Shown here: positions 25,171 through 38,900 of the stretch, in pieces | How positions within the stretch are numbered: position 1 is the first letter of the stretch | How the letters are laid out: each line of letters opens with the position of its first letter | NCBI GenBank assembly: GCA_026770705.1 | Contig: JANJGN010000036.1 | Coordinates: 3,906,001 to 3,970,000 of the forward strand | Source: Isurus oxyrinchus | Taxonomy: Eukaryota | Length of the DNA: 64,000 bases | Direction: 5' to 3' | Program-made: the position numbers and the translations under genes | Notes under the pieces: model-generated | Database searches by the model: none | The model's input: the letters and a program-made list of their open reading frames with translations, nothing else | What the model was told of the DNA's origin: nothing

Positions 25171-28100
25171 CGTTCATGTGATTGTGTCCGTCTATGAAGC
25201 CATCCAGCTACGTTCGAATTTCTAAATCTGCTTCGCTTATCTAATCATTTTCATTTCTAATTATAATGTGTTCGGTGCTGTTGGTGACATTTCCAAGACA
25301 GACATTGAATGTCCAACCCGAGATGCCCTCTGTAAGTGGAGCTGGATCTCGTTGAATCTCCTGCAAGAGTGAAAGGCTCGGGTTGCAAGGATTTCTTCTA
25401 AAATACAATGGCATTTTTCAAATTATGCTCCAGACCATCTGCAGCGCCCACTCTCCGTGGGTCGTCCGTGGCGCTGCTCCTCCTTCTGGTTATGGTTCTT
25501 GTGGCCGGGGTGAAGGAATTCCAGGAAAGTCGTCAGAGAGAGTTTGGAGGGAGACGCTCTAACTCAGCGGCGCTCTCAATGCATCCATTTATCTCTGGGT
25601 TTTTGGCACTTTCAGCTGTTTGAATGTGAACTGAGGCCATTTCAACTAAATTTAAATTTCACTATTTAACAGGAAACATGAACAGTGATGTGGAACTCAC
25701 ACATTCCAGAGCAATGGCACAAGACAATGCGGTAACTATGGATGGAAGTGTTTCCTAACATGTGCAGATAAATTTCACTGAATTTTAACATAAGGTATAA
25801 AATTCAGAGATACCGTCATATGAGTCTGGGATATTTTGCACAGTGAATCCAGTAAGATAAACACTGTTCCATTGTCCTATAACGCTGCAACAATAGATGG
25901 AAATATAGATGACTGTTCAATTGAATGTGTCAAAATTGGGATTGATAAGTTTTGTTGAGTGAAGGGATTTAATTATTAGGGAACGAAAGAGAGGAAATGG
26001 GGTTGATATACATTTCAGAAAGGAGCTTATTGAAAGGCAGAACATGCTCGAAGGGCTGAATGCACTCCTCATTATGATGTGAATCATGAAAACTGTTTGT
26101 GATTTCTCTTCCAGACTGTTTTCTCTCGGCTGCGGTTTAATGCGGATCCCACAGTCTGATTGCAAACGATATTGAGAGCTCAGGTTCTGCTTCCCACCGA
26201 TGATGCATAGTGGAAAGCTTCCTCTGTTGTGCCCTTGTTGGAGGAAAGCCTGGAGGTGTCACCACTTCCAAGACACAGCCATCTCAAATTCTGTTCCCCG
26301 TTGAATTAATATTTATTAATAATAATGAACAATACAGTCCGCCGATTCATCACCTACTGGACAGTCTTCAAGTCTGACAGACCAGGCTCCATTTAAAGTC
26401 TGATTTGACTCCCGGAAATTTTAACTTTGTGTTCAGTGTCGATATGATTCTACTTTCTTGTAATAGTGTCTTTAAGTTCATTGTGCATCTTTGTGTAGCG
26501 CTTGAGCAGGAAAGAGCGCATCAGTGTCCACGTTCGCAATCCATCAAAATACGTTTTGAAATCCAAGAATTGAATTTGGGAGTTCAGGTTGTTTAATTCC
26601 TCATTGCAGATTTGCTCAGTGAATCTGCAATTGCAGATTACAGGACATCTTCAAAGTCCAGATGTGTGCGATTTGAAACTCTGACCAATTCTACAAGGAT
26701 GACGCCAGAACTGTGATATCAGGGAAGTTTGAACAGGCTGGGCCTCATTTCTACAGAAAAGAGAAGACTGAGGGGAGACCTGATGAAGATATTTAAACTT
26801 CTGATAGGGTTCGATACGTGGAGAGGGAGAGAAAATGTCTCCATTTGTAGGAACAGCTGAAGTAAAGAACATGAACATTAGATATTCACCGATAATTTCC
26901 AATGGGAAATTAAGGAATAATTCCTTTTCCAGGAGAAAGGCAAGAATTCAGAACTCGTGACCAAAGCGAGTGTTCAACGTAAATAGCTGAGCTGCACTTA
27001 AAGGGGTAGCTTTTTAAATACACCATGAGCAAGGAAATAGGAGGCTATGTTAATGGGGTGAGATGTAGTGGTGTGGGAGAAGGATAGTGTGGAGCAGAAA
27101 CACCAGCAGAGCGTAGAGGGACTGAATGTTCTGTTCCCGCTCTGGAAATAATTTTGAATTTTGGAAAGCAGGAAACATGAGCAGTGACTGAAAAGTGTTT
27201 GCTCTGAAGAGTTTTCATCAATAACAGAATTTCTTCTTCACACTAAAGCCAATTATTCAATGTGGAATTAGAATTCAAAAGACGTTTCACCGAGGTGACC
27301 TAATATTTTTCTGTTAAACCTAAAATATTATAAACATTAAAAAGTGCTTTTTAAGATACATGTCACGACTGCACCCAATGTTATGTATTGAGCAAGACAA
27401 ATCCCAGAGGGAAACCTGTCTCACTGATCATATATATATTTTCTATTTTGAAAACGACGGGAAAACTCTTACGATCATTAGAGTAAAAGATTTCTGAACA
27501 AGAAGGAAAAAAGCGTAATCAGACACGATTAAAATTATATGGTTGAAGGAGCCTTACAAAGTATTCTTCCGAAAAAAAAAACGCTTTTCAGTATACACAA
27601 GTAAACTATTTGGTAGCAGCTCCCTTTTGAAGTTTTAAATGTAAAAAAAAACTATAATATCACTCAAGGCAAAAGCTGCTGCTAATTTAGTGCAGCATAC
27701 ACCCGATTCCACTCACTCTTCCAGTTTGCTGTGGAAATCCAAAGAAAGATCAGAAACAGACTCCCCCCTAAAAGCAAATTATTTATTTTTCTGAGCACAA
27801 TGCTGGAATCGGGACATCTCCCCCACATAGTCACCTCACCTCAACGAAGCATTTCTCTTAAACATCTTCCCCACCCCCACCCTCTTTTATCATGGGCTCC
27901 ATTGTCCTAAGCACTTTTCAGAACTTAATTTCTCAAAAAAGTAAAAATCCTTCAGGTTTTCCTATTGCCTCCACTTCCAGGTCAAATAACGTTTAATATC
28001 CTTGTCTTGTTTACTTATGCAGTTTTTGTAATTACTAATAGTCCTTAAACTCCGTTTGAAATTTAGCAGCTTAAAAGACAAGTCCTTACCTATCAACTAA

Positions 28101-29112
28101 TGCAAATTTTAAAACCGAACGTGTTACTTATAATTCCAAATTCTCTATAGTCTCTCATTACAAATGCATGCTTCCAGCAAGTTTACCTTTCATCTCTCAG
28201 TTACCACAGACAAACTATCGTTACTAACTTCCCCCAGATTTAATTAACCATGGACACACACACACACACACATGCACACACAGCTTTCTTTACAAAATAT
28301 CTTCATGTTCCCAAAAATATAGAAAAACAACATCCATCTTCATGTCCAATATTCCACATTTGTTTCCGTGTCACTTAAAACTCTTAGCAGCTTTAAATGC
28401 TTTCTGAGCTAGACTTGCACCACACCTTCCACAGAACCTCTTGCTACAAGACAAACTACACTCACGATAAATCTCTGACATGCAGATTTAAAGTTGAACA
28501 TGAACCAAAAAACAGTGTAAAATGAAACGGAACCATCATAAGTTTCCTGCATCGTTACCCATATCTCTCCCCGACTGTGTCCTTAATGAACGCTAGAACA
28601 CATCACATCTCAGGCAACGTAACCCACCACTAACAGCGTCTCAATCCAGGACTGATATTGTCAGCTCAGTAGACATTGCAGTTTGATCCAAATGACATTT
28701 AATTCTAATTTAATTATTAATCAGTGCAAGCCTCTTGTGCATCGTTATAATCGAAGAATAATTTATTTTATTTGCATGCAGACATTTGTCAACAAATGAA
28801 CCTCCTGTCAGTAACTGGAGTTACAGAATCAGCGGAAAAAGCCCAGAAAAAATAAGGAAAGTCCTTGGCTTTTGTTCAAAGTTTCTTTCACACTTGAGTT
28901 ACACGGTAACAGTGGAATGTCATTAAGAATACAGAAGACACCTTCCACATTTAGGAAAATGGGCCAGTCTTTGTAAACTCTGGCAAGTGTATGGGGACGT
29001 TTAATTGTTTCATGGGAGTCTCCATGGTTCCATGTTTATTTCCAGAAGGCTGTGGGTTGTTTGGAAAATCCTGTCACCTCGATAATTTATCAGAGAGAAA
29101 CAGTCCGGATTC

Positions 29113-32100
29113 TCATCTGCGACACGTCTTCTTTTTTGATCTTTTATCCAATGCAGCCAAGTCCAGGGAGGCGTAGAGAGGTCCGCCTTCTGTCTGGGAG
29201 ATATTTTAAAAATTAAAAGCGAAAACTACTTAAAAGACAGGTAGCATTACCCACCCCCGAAACCGCATTTCAAAGTGCCATGGAATAATAGCGCACAGGC
29301 GGAGGCCTTTCGGCCCAATGTGTCTGCGCCAGCGCTTTCAAAAAGCAATGCATTTAGTCCCACTGCAGCCTTCTCTGACCACATATCGTTGCCATTATTT
29401 TTCAAATTTCTTCCTGAAATTTGCAGTTGAATCGGTTTCTATTGCCCTATTAATCAATTTGATGAATGTTTTGCTTCATTTGCAAGAATTGTCTGAATTG
29501 AAGTTTTGCAATAGGGCATCAGAATTCGGAAAGCGACTGGAAATCATCAAAGTTCAATCAGAAAATTGGGATGATGAGTCTATCAATTTGATTGGATTCC
29601 TGTGTTTTTAAATAGTCAATCCGATTATGGTGTTTCGCCCTGTGTCATCTGCACGATTGAGCAGAGCCCACAGAATTCATCACATTCAGAAGAATCACAA
29701 AACACAATCAAAAGACTTGTATTTATGTAGCGCCTGTCACGAACTGAAGAAGGCTTAAAACATTAACATCCACTCCTTTTCAGTGTCGCCTCCGCCCGTA
29801 ATACAGCGCGGCAGCTAATTTACGCACAGCAAAATCCCATAAACAGCAATGGTAGATCATTTATTTTTTAACATGCGGATTGTGAGATAAAAATTGAAAC
29901 CGAACACCAGGGAGAAACCCCCCGCCCCGCCCTCATCCCCGCTCTTCTTCTCCCCTACTTCTTGCAATACTGGAGGTACTATTTTTATGCCAAACTAGGT
30001 GGGCAGACAGGGCCTCGTTTTAACTTTCCATGCGAAATCGGTGCTTCAGGAAGTGCAGCATTGGCTCCGGAGGTTCAGTCTAGACTTTCTGCTGAGGTTT
30101 CTGAACACACACACACACAGACAACACACACGCGTACACTTTCTGACCAAACTGCTTCCTTCTTATTCCACATACAACAGAAAAACATTTTCATTTATCC
30201 ATAAAACTCTCCTGGGTTTGGTTTTATCTTCATTATAATTCCATTCGCTGAGGCATTTACTAAATCAGCATTGTCGCAGGGGAGACAAAGGTGCGAAACG
30301 AGGGAGGAGAATTAGGCACGCTGCAGAGATATAATGAAATAGCGGAAATCTAAAATATGAACTGCTGTAAATCCGCTGTTTAGCCTGATGGAAACATTGT
30401 ACCCGGAAATTTACACTATCCTTTCTATTATCAGGTGGAGAGAGGGGTAGGGGTATATTTTCAGCATCCAGTTAGAGGGACGAGAGGAACTATACACACA
30501 TTCAGACATTCTAGACTGTGGCCTGCTCTCTGATCAATGCGTGAATTATCCAGCATGGGAAACCTTGCAACTTATCCCAAAAAACAAGTTTTTTGTACCT
30601 TATTAAAACATTTTTTTTAAAAAAAACTCACCGGTATTGCATCCCGATGTTGCTGCCTTCCCTCTGTTTGACGGTGGTCACCTGTGTTATTAATGGTTGA
30701 GATACAAAATTAAATGTTATCCCAGTCTCACTGATTCATAATTATTGTGGATTCACCGTTCGCCAATGATGTGCCAATCTACCAATTGCCCCAACCGTCA
30801 CTGGGTCCCATATGTCAGCAGGCCCCTTATCCACGGAAGGTCCCCCAATACATCTGTGGAGTAAATTTGCCAAAGGTTGGACAAGCACCCACCGTGCCTG
30901 GCGTCTATTGTCCGTCTGATATATTGCTCCCACTATTAGTGACCAGTAATTGGCATTTAATATGAGACAGCAGAGTGATTGTGAGCAATTTGATGGCGGA
31001 AAATGCTCATAGGTAACTTTACAATACCACCGACTTGGCATTTAATCTGTGCCAACATTTCAATGCAACTTACCCATTTGTCGCTCATTCTGCCCCTCTC
31101 TTTGCCTTCTCTCTCTCAAGCTAAACCTGGACGAGAACAAAAATATCAAACCTATGTTAGTTTTGTAAATCCTGACGCAAGATCCAGAAATAGGTGAAAA
31201 GAGAATTGCCGAGTGGCCTTAGCATCAACCTTTTTAAAAATCATTGAAAATGACAGCATCTACCATTGGAATTAGTGTTGTGGTTGAACTGGGTTAGACC
31301 CAGTGTAAAATGTAGAGTTCAGGATGAACTTTTCAAATGGTTCAGTTACTCACTTTTCATTGTGGGATCTCTTGTCTCGTTCTCCTGAAAGCAGAAATTA
31401 AATTAGCAATTTACATCTACGACAAGGGGATCAGATTAGGCAAACACGTATGAAAATATCCCTGGTAAATATTAATCCTTACCTGATCTGCCACTTTTAA
31501 GAATCCAAATGGAAATAAGGACCAAGAGTAGAACCAGTATCACCAGGACAGTTACGAGAAAAGTAAGGGCCTGAATGCACCATCCTATGGAAACAAAACA
31601 CTTAGAAACTGCTGCTCAGTCAAGTCATGCTTTTCTGCGATTGTCTGATGGGAACAAGACCAAAAATTAAGCACAGAAGCAGCCCATTCGGACGATTGTG
31701 CCAGTGAATTCACTCTGAAACAGCTATCTAATTAGTCATATTTTCTATGTTCTTCCCCCAATATCCCTGAAAATGCCCTTCCATCAGGTATTTATGCAAT
31801 TCCCCTTTGAAAGTTATTTTTTAATGTGCTTCCACCGCCCTTTCAGGCAGCGCCATCCAAATCGCAAATTGCTGCGTTAAAACAATTATCCTAATCTCTC
31901 TCTGGTTGTTTTGCTGATTCTCTTCAATCTGTGTCCCTCTGGTAAACGAACCTCCTGCCAGGGGAAATAATTTCTCTTTATTTACTCTATCAAACCCCCT
32001 CATGATTTTGAACGCCTGGGTTAAATCTCCCCCTCAAACTTCCCTGATCTAAGGAGAACAATTCCAGAATCTAGAGTCTCTCCACATTACCTGAAGTCCT

Positions 32101-33694
32101 CACCCCTGGTCCCATTCTGGCAAATCGCCTGTACACCCTCCACAAAGCATTCTTGGCTGTCTCCTGCTTGTAAAGTGCATCCAATGTAGAACTGACCTCA
32201 ATTTCATTCCAAGATCCACTGCCTGAAATGGGTGGTTGAAATAGATCCAGCAATAACTTTCAGAAGAGAAATCACAGTCTAACTTGAAGAGAATAAGAAA
32301 ATGTGACAGTGTTGTGGGGAAAGGTTGGATCCAATCTTAGAAAGAAATAGCCCAGGCGCGATGGGCCGAAATCCCTCTTTCCGCATCTATCGTTCTGGGA
32401 TTCTACGATGTGACAGAGAAATAGAAGGCAAGCCCAAAAATTGTTTACAAGGACAAGTCTACACCTGGGGCTAAAGTAACTCAAAATTATTTTAACAGAA
32501 ATATAAACTGTATATTTACCGTTTAATTTACAGCCTACAGTTTCTAAAAATTAACTATTTTCTCCAATTGAGTTTCAAGTCGAATAAAAGCCGAACAGAT
32601 CACCAACTCACCAGTCCATGTCCCTGCTGCTTTGGAGAACGAAACGCTCTTTGTCAAATACTTGTTTGGAGATCCCAGTTGAACAATACAAGTACAGAGA
32701 CCGCCTCTTCTCCAAGTTTCCCTTGACACCATGACATGATTTCTGATGCTGTAGGTCCCATCTGCCTCCATTGTACCGGGATCGCTCGGACCCTCGGTGA
32801 CCAGGCCGGAAATATTCCAGAAAATAGCAACCTGGTTTGAAGAAATTCCGCTGACCAAACACAATAAGGGGATGGTTTCATTCAAATGCAGTTCACCCGG
32901 CGGGACAAACACCAGCACAGCCGTCTTGTTGGTGGAACTGTCTGGACAGAGATTGGGACACAGTTAACGATCGATTTGCGCCAAATGATAATGCTGTGCA
33001 TGATCTGAATTCATTTCACTTGCTCTCTTACCTCCAACAAGTAGCCTGGGTGCACTCTGGAGCGGTGCATAGCCATGCTTATCAGCACAGTAGTAGGAGC
33101 CCGAGTCACTCAACTGGACATTGCGAATTTTCAGTATCAATTGATGTTTGTTGTTGCCTTCCTTAGAAATAAACTTACAATTGGCCCCCTGACAGGACTG
33201 TGTGTCGATTAGTTTCGGGGCTTCACCCACACGTTGTTTGTACCAGAAATAGCTGGACACCAATACCACTTCGTAACTGTAGTCATAGGTAAGTTCCACT
33301 GTTTGTCCGACTTCAGCTGTCATTATGAAGGGTCTCTGAGATGGAGAGGAATCCGATTCTGTAACTAGAGGAGTTATTTTTACATTACTATTGGTTAATG
33401 AGAGATCGAAAATAGAAGCTTTTAAAGACTTCGCCTGTTAATTTAGAAAATCGACCTCATTGTCTTAAATGATTCATGGTTAGAGAAATTCTCCAATTTG
33501 ATTCCTTAGCTTTTTCGGAGGAACCAGTAAATAAACTGACAGGATCAGGTCAAACCTGGCCACTGGATCATATTTTCAGCTGAGCAAACATTGAATCTGG
33601 TTGATTCCTGTTTAAACTTCTCACCCGCCTCTTCCTCACCGTAAACCTGCAGCGCTTGGAAAATGAGTATCAGAAACAAGGATTCCTTGGACAT
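29113..33694 (-). CDS. Gene D: type II V-C1-TM receptor, inhibitory-like. Exons 33694-33640 leader, 33364-33032 V, 32941-32612 C1, 31584-31483 TM, 31384-31354 cyt1, 30681-30632 cyt2, 29193-29113 terminal
   Basis: MSKESLFLILIFQALQVY/VTESD..FWYKQ..DSGSYYC/DSSTNK..LLCLVSG..FWNISG..DGTYSI..CTCIVQ/GWCIQALTFLVTVLVILVLLLVLISIWILKSGRS/../TEGGPLYASLDLAALDKRSKKKTCRR*. All sites are GT-AG. The V B-strand Cys is Tyr, and the 31-nt cyt1 exon shifts the frame. Confidence 0.8.
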
Positions 33695-35659
33695 CTTGAC
33701 GCGGTGAGTTCTCCCTGTTTTCGGTCTCACCAGTTAGTTTGTGCGGGCCGACTGTCCGCCGACCGACCTGAGCTCACTCCCAGTGAGTTGCTTCCTTCTC
33801 GGATGCGGTGGAAATTATGACGAGCTCTGCTGTGGAAAGTATGACACCACTTTGGGTGCAGGGTCCTGGTGAATCTCACATGCGTTTCACTTATTGTGGT
33901 CACCGTCTGTGCGTCACAGCGGTCAAGTGCTAGCATTTCTATAAGGAGCTTTACTGAGTTCTCGCTCAGATGGAGTGGCAGAATAATGATTGTATAGATG
34001 CATGCTGAATATTACTGTTAAAGTTTCATTCAAGTTTAACCGTCCCCAGTTGTCATTGAGAAGGTGGCGGTGAGCCAATTTTAAAAAATCTCTTTCAAGT
34101 CGCTCCTTGTCTTTATAGAAAAGAGCCCCAGGTTATTCAGTCATCCCTGTTAGATTAACCTCTCAGCTCTGATAACAGCCTCGGAAACCTTGTTTGCATC
34201 GTCTCCAGTACCTCAACATTCATTTTTAGAAAATTGAGTCCCGAAATGTGCGCAGTTAGTCCAAATGTCGTCTGAACAAGGTTCAATAGACGAGCATAAC
34301 GCCCTTGTTTTTCACTTATATTCCTCTGCCCATGAGGCTTGGTGCTGATTTGCATTTTCCCAGTTAAGGTCACAGGTAATTGCATCAAAGAGAACTTCCA
34401 ATATAATTACTCACAGGGCGAATGAACCAATCCTTTAATCGGCGTCAGAAACAAACCAGGACCTGAGGGCAAGATAAGAGCAAAATTCTGCGGATGATGT
34501 AAAGCTGAAATAAAAACCGAAAATACTGGAAAAACTCAGCAGGAAGACTCGGAAGATGGGTCATAGGGACTACAAACGTTAGGTCTGTGTTGGTTCCAGA
34601 GCAGCAAAGTTTTTCGAGCAATTTCTGTTTTTAGAGTTGCTGCCAGACCAGCGGATTTTTCCAGAATTTTCCATTTTTATTTCCGAACCTGAAGCCTCTG
34701 TTTACCGGGTTTATATTTAGATCCTGGACGGGGATCGCACTCCCACATTTCTGCTGTCGAGTGAGCGGCAGAACCGGCTCACATCGCCCAACGGCCATAA
34801 CAGTGGACATGACTCATGCCCCAATAAGGAAGCCATTTAAACCCCGAATCCATAAGGAGATTTTTCCTTGTCTGCAATCTGTTAGTAACCTCGGGAATAA
34901 ATATTTCTGACGTTCGCCATTCCCAGAGGAATGTTGCAGATTTACCTAAAGAGTCTCGTTAGGGTTTAATGGAAACTAACTCTCAGCGGGAATTCAGCAC
35001 AAGCCGGACAGAGAGATTATCCTAGAATCTGTAATGAGAAAATCCTTCATGGTAGTGAAACTGAGGGACAATGGGCGAAAGGTTTATAATAATCTGATAT
35101 AAATACAAACCTCCTTGATCTTTTGCTGAAGACAAGATTCTGCCAATTTATGTGTATCCGTTGATCGGATGTGAAGGTCGGGAGGAAAGGGCAGCGTTTA
35201 TGGCCATCCCTAAATGCCCCTTGAGAAGCTGGTGGTGAACCGCTTTCTTGAACAGTTGCAGTCCCTGTGATAAATACACAACCACAGTGCTGTTAGGGAG
35301 GGAGTTCCCGGATATTGACGCAGAGACAGTGAAGGGATGGCGCTTTAGTTCCAGCTGAGGATAGTGTTTGTGTTGGAGGGTAATCTGAGGTGGTGGTGCT
35401 CACGTGTTCCCTATCTCATTGCCCTACGAGACGGTGGCAGCCTACGCGATTGGTTGCAGTGCTGTCTGTGTATAGATAGTGCAAACTGCAATCTCCCTGA
35501 GCCTCTGATGAAGCCAGTGCATCAATTTTGAATCATATTCGGGATCATTTTTTTTTCAAATATCGGGCATCGCAGATATACAGTGACCTGGTGTCAGGTC
35601 GGTGAGGATACTGTAAATGTACACCAACCTGTTCTCTGTTCAGTTGAATCTGCCCCGAC

Positions 35660-35960
35660 GCCAAAGCCTCTTCTGTCTGCGGTTTAACATTGAGTCAAAT
35701 GCAGACGGTTCTATACATTAAGCGCCTCAACTGTAAAAACAGGAAAACGACCGAGAGCTTCTGGGTCGAACATCATTTTCCATCTCAAGCGAAAGGCGGT
35801 CACAATCTCGGCCAGCGATTTGCGTCAATCGATGTGATTTGCACAGCCCCTGAATGGGCTGTGAGCGAAGCGTCTTTCTGAGACTCGCAGCAAACAGCAG
35901 CGGTCACAGCCAATGCGTCTCTTTGCTGCCCAGCCCCGCTCTCTGCTGCAAGGTTCACTG
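35660..35960 (+). other. Conserved element upstream of D, homologous (inverted) to 48400-48690 and 49790-50090; possibly a decayed V exon
   Basis: Direct sequence similarity. Translation SSVCG-LTLSQMQTV..RLNC..SFW resembles a V-domain N-terminus. Confidence 0.4.
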
Positions 35961-38900
35961 ACTCGCTTCTTTGTAATTCAAATACAAGCATTTCTGAAGA
36001 ACAGTTCAGAAACTCAGTAAAGCGCAACAATGTCAGCATATTTATGAACACATTCTGACAGTACTTCACTCTACCAGGTTCCTCACACTAATGTGTCTCG
36101 CTCTTCTCGCCCAGCTTGCGCCCTTCAACATTTTCCTGAAAAATCCCTTGACATGGGTTCCTGTGGAGTCTTGCAGACAATTTGCAGCACGGATTTGCTG
36201 CTTTTACTTTATCAGAGGTTTAAGGTTCCCATAAGGGAGTCCCATAAAAGAGCGATTTGACCCAGCAGCAGTTTCTAAGTTATTTGTCTCGGTCGGGATG
36301 GTGCATTTTGATCCTTGGCCATAACTGTCACTATTATTCGGGTTCTACTCTCCATCCTCACTGAGATTTGGATTCAAAAAGCGGTTGATCTCGTGAATAT
36401 TGGTGTTTAACAGGTGCATTTTAATTGGTGTTTCTTTGAATTGCATTGATTTTAAATATGAATTGCAGTTTACTGATTCAGAAAGCCGAGCGAATATCTG
36501 CCAAAGGAAAGCGAGTAACTGAGCTAGTTATGAAAGTGTATCAATAACCACCTGGCTCTATTTAACACTGAATCTAAACCAGTTCAAACCAATTACCCAT
36601 TCGTATGGTAAAGATATTTTAACATGTTCCACGTTCTTTTCAGATTGATTCTGAGACCAATCAACAATTCCCATCTCAATACTTAATTTAAGTGACCAAA
36701 AATTAAAATATCATAAAAAATAGGAGCAGGAGTCGGCCCTCGATCCTGCTCCGCCATTCAATAAGATCTTGGCTAATCTGGTTGTGGCCTCAAGTGCACT
36801 TTCCTGTCCATAATCCTAGGCCTGCTTGTCCATCAGAAATCCGCCGAACTGAGCCTTGAATATATTCGATGGTCCGGCCTCCAGTGCTCTGTGGAGAAGG
36901 GAATTCCAAAAAACTAACGATCAACAGAGAACAAAAATCGCACACATCTCTTTCTTCAATGGAAAACCACTTATTCTGAAACTTTGCCCCTTGTTCTTCA
37001 TTCCCGCATGAGTTGAAACATCCTCTCAGCATCTACCCTCTGAAGCCCTCTCAGAATCTTATATGTTTTGATAAATTCACCTCTCATTCTTATATTAACA
37101 ACCAGCAATGCTTTTTTGATATTTTTGCCTGTATGTAGTTTGAGCTGGCAATGAATATTTCTCCGCGTTAACAGAGGGCATTAGGAATTTACAATGAACA
37201 TCTTCATTTGCACCCCAATCGCTTTTATCGCTCTATCTGGAAACTCGCTGTCACCGAACAATAGAAACATATTTCAAGGCTTAGGGAAATATGGCTTCGT
37301 CAGACTCTTCACCCAGGAATGCATTTGGCTGTACTGAAAATGCATCCAATGGGAAGACGGGAAGGGAGGGAGAACTCAAATTGATTCTTTCAGGTTTCCA
37401 AAGGGGTCCATTGTTGGAGGGGTCACTTAATTTAGTTAAGTTTGTTTGGCCGGAGAGAGAGAAACTATTTCCTACCGTGGATGGGGAGCATGTGCGTGGC
37501 GTGGGTTGTGGGGTGTGGGGTTAAATAAGTTCAAAGTTGGGCAGTCCGTCCAAGGGTGATGTCCAGCAGCAACCCTCCCCCCTCCCCACCCTATCAAAGG
37601 CATGACTGCTAGGACGATAAGCTGTTGTGCGCTACTGAAAACATGATGTGCGGTGAAGGCTCAGACACTTCAAGACATCTGCAATTGCAGGTTTATAGCT
37701 GAATAGCACAGGTCCTTTTTTAAAATCACACACTCCACAGTCACCTTCACCTTGAGGAAAGCCTTTCCATTGGATAATGTCATAATCGCTGTCTCTCACA
37801 CACATCATGCGGATCCTCACTCACTTATACAGGTCAATTTTCCTGTGTGCGTGAAATGCTAACTCTTACCGATATATAGGACACAATGACCCTCTCTGTG
37901 TCCTTCACCAATCAGGGTGCCTGCTTCTCCATTTTGGTTTTCAGCACAAACACGTGTTTCAATGATCTATGTATGTAGTGACCCAGACATATTTCAGAAG
38001 GAAAGAAAGGGGATACATCATATCTTTAAAAATTCTTCCAAGTCTCTCTTTACTTGAGGATTTTATTTAAAAAAAATAAACGGAGAAGACATCACGTCCA
38101 GAGGAGCGACCGAGCTCCGGGAGGCAAGAGGTGACTGTGGGAGGGCGATAAATTATAGAAGGACATGAACGGCGTTAGAGCGGCCCTCTTTGTACAGGAG
38201 GGGAAACAGCAGCAGCCACAGTCTCAGTGAAAGGATCCCTGCTGTAAAACGTTAAACTCTGATGGAATTATTGCTCTCCTCTTGAAATAATGAGCGTCCC
38301 TTCGGAGCCCTGCTAAGATTTGGGAACTGCTTCAAAGACCCCCGATATAAATTCGCATCTGAGAAACAGCTCCACCGATAGTGCAACTTATTCTCAGTAC
38401 TGATAATGGGAGCATCATTCTTTGGAATGGGACATGAGTTTGAATGGCAGTGAATGGTGGCAAATTTGTGATCAATTTCCTGTTCTATATTAGCGGTAAG
38501 AAAGGAAGAAAATGGTGAGAAGGTATAACATGGGATAACCCATTCATCCCCTGATGCAGAATATCTTAATAGTTGAAATGTCTTACTCTTTTTAATAATT
38601 AGCCATAGGGTATGGATATCGCTGATAAGAAAAGTATTTGTTTCCCATTCCTAATTGCCCCTGAGAACGTGGTGCAGCACATGAATTGTTAGATAACCTC
38701 CCGATAGCTGGGTACCGTATGAAGTGTGGAAATGGGAAGATTTAAACTTTCGTTTAGACTGAGTTAACTGACCTCAGTGGAAGTCAGACAATCTAACTAG
38801 TTTTTAAGGGTGTTAAAGCACTCAGAGCGCTACATACAGTTTTGACGGAGGTTGAACTGTACTGCACTTTAACACAAAGTGGAGAAAACATGTTAGGTAC

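Larger units (their letters stand above)
22223..26159 (+). pseudogene. Gene C: type I VJ-C1-TM pseudogene. Leader 22223-22253, VJ 22900-23243, C1 ~23320-23627, TM ~25422-25540, cyt 25673-25731, terminal 26115-26159
   Basis: Same exon series as gene A. V has in-frame stops and a frameshift but keeps VYCE, D*GMYEC and FTFGNGSKLLIK|gt. C1 has stops, TM splice sites are mutated, and the tail reads TVFSRLRFNADPTV*. Spans an N-gap. Confidence 0.8.

Noticed and set aside
27361-28345. Possible solo LTR (TG...CA)
   Set aside because: No target-site duplication or second copy could be confirmed by eye.
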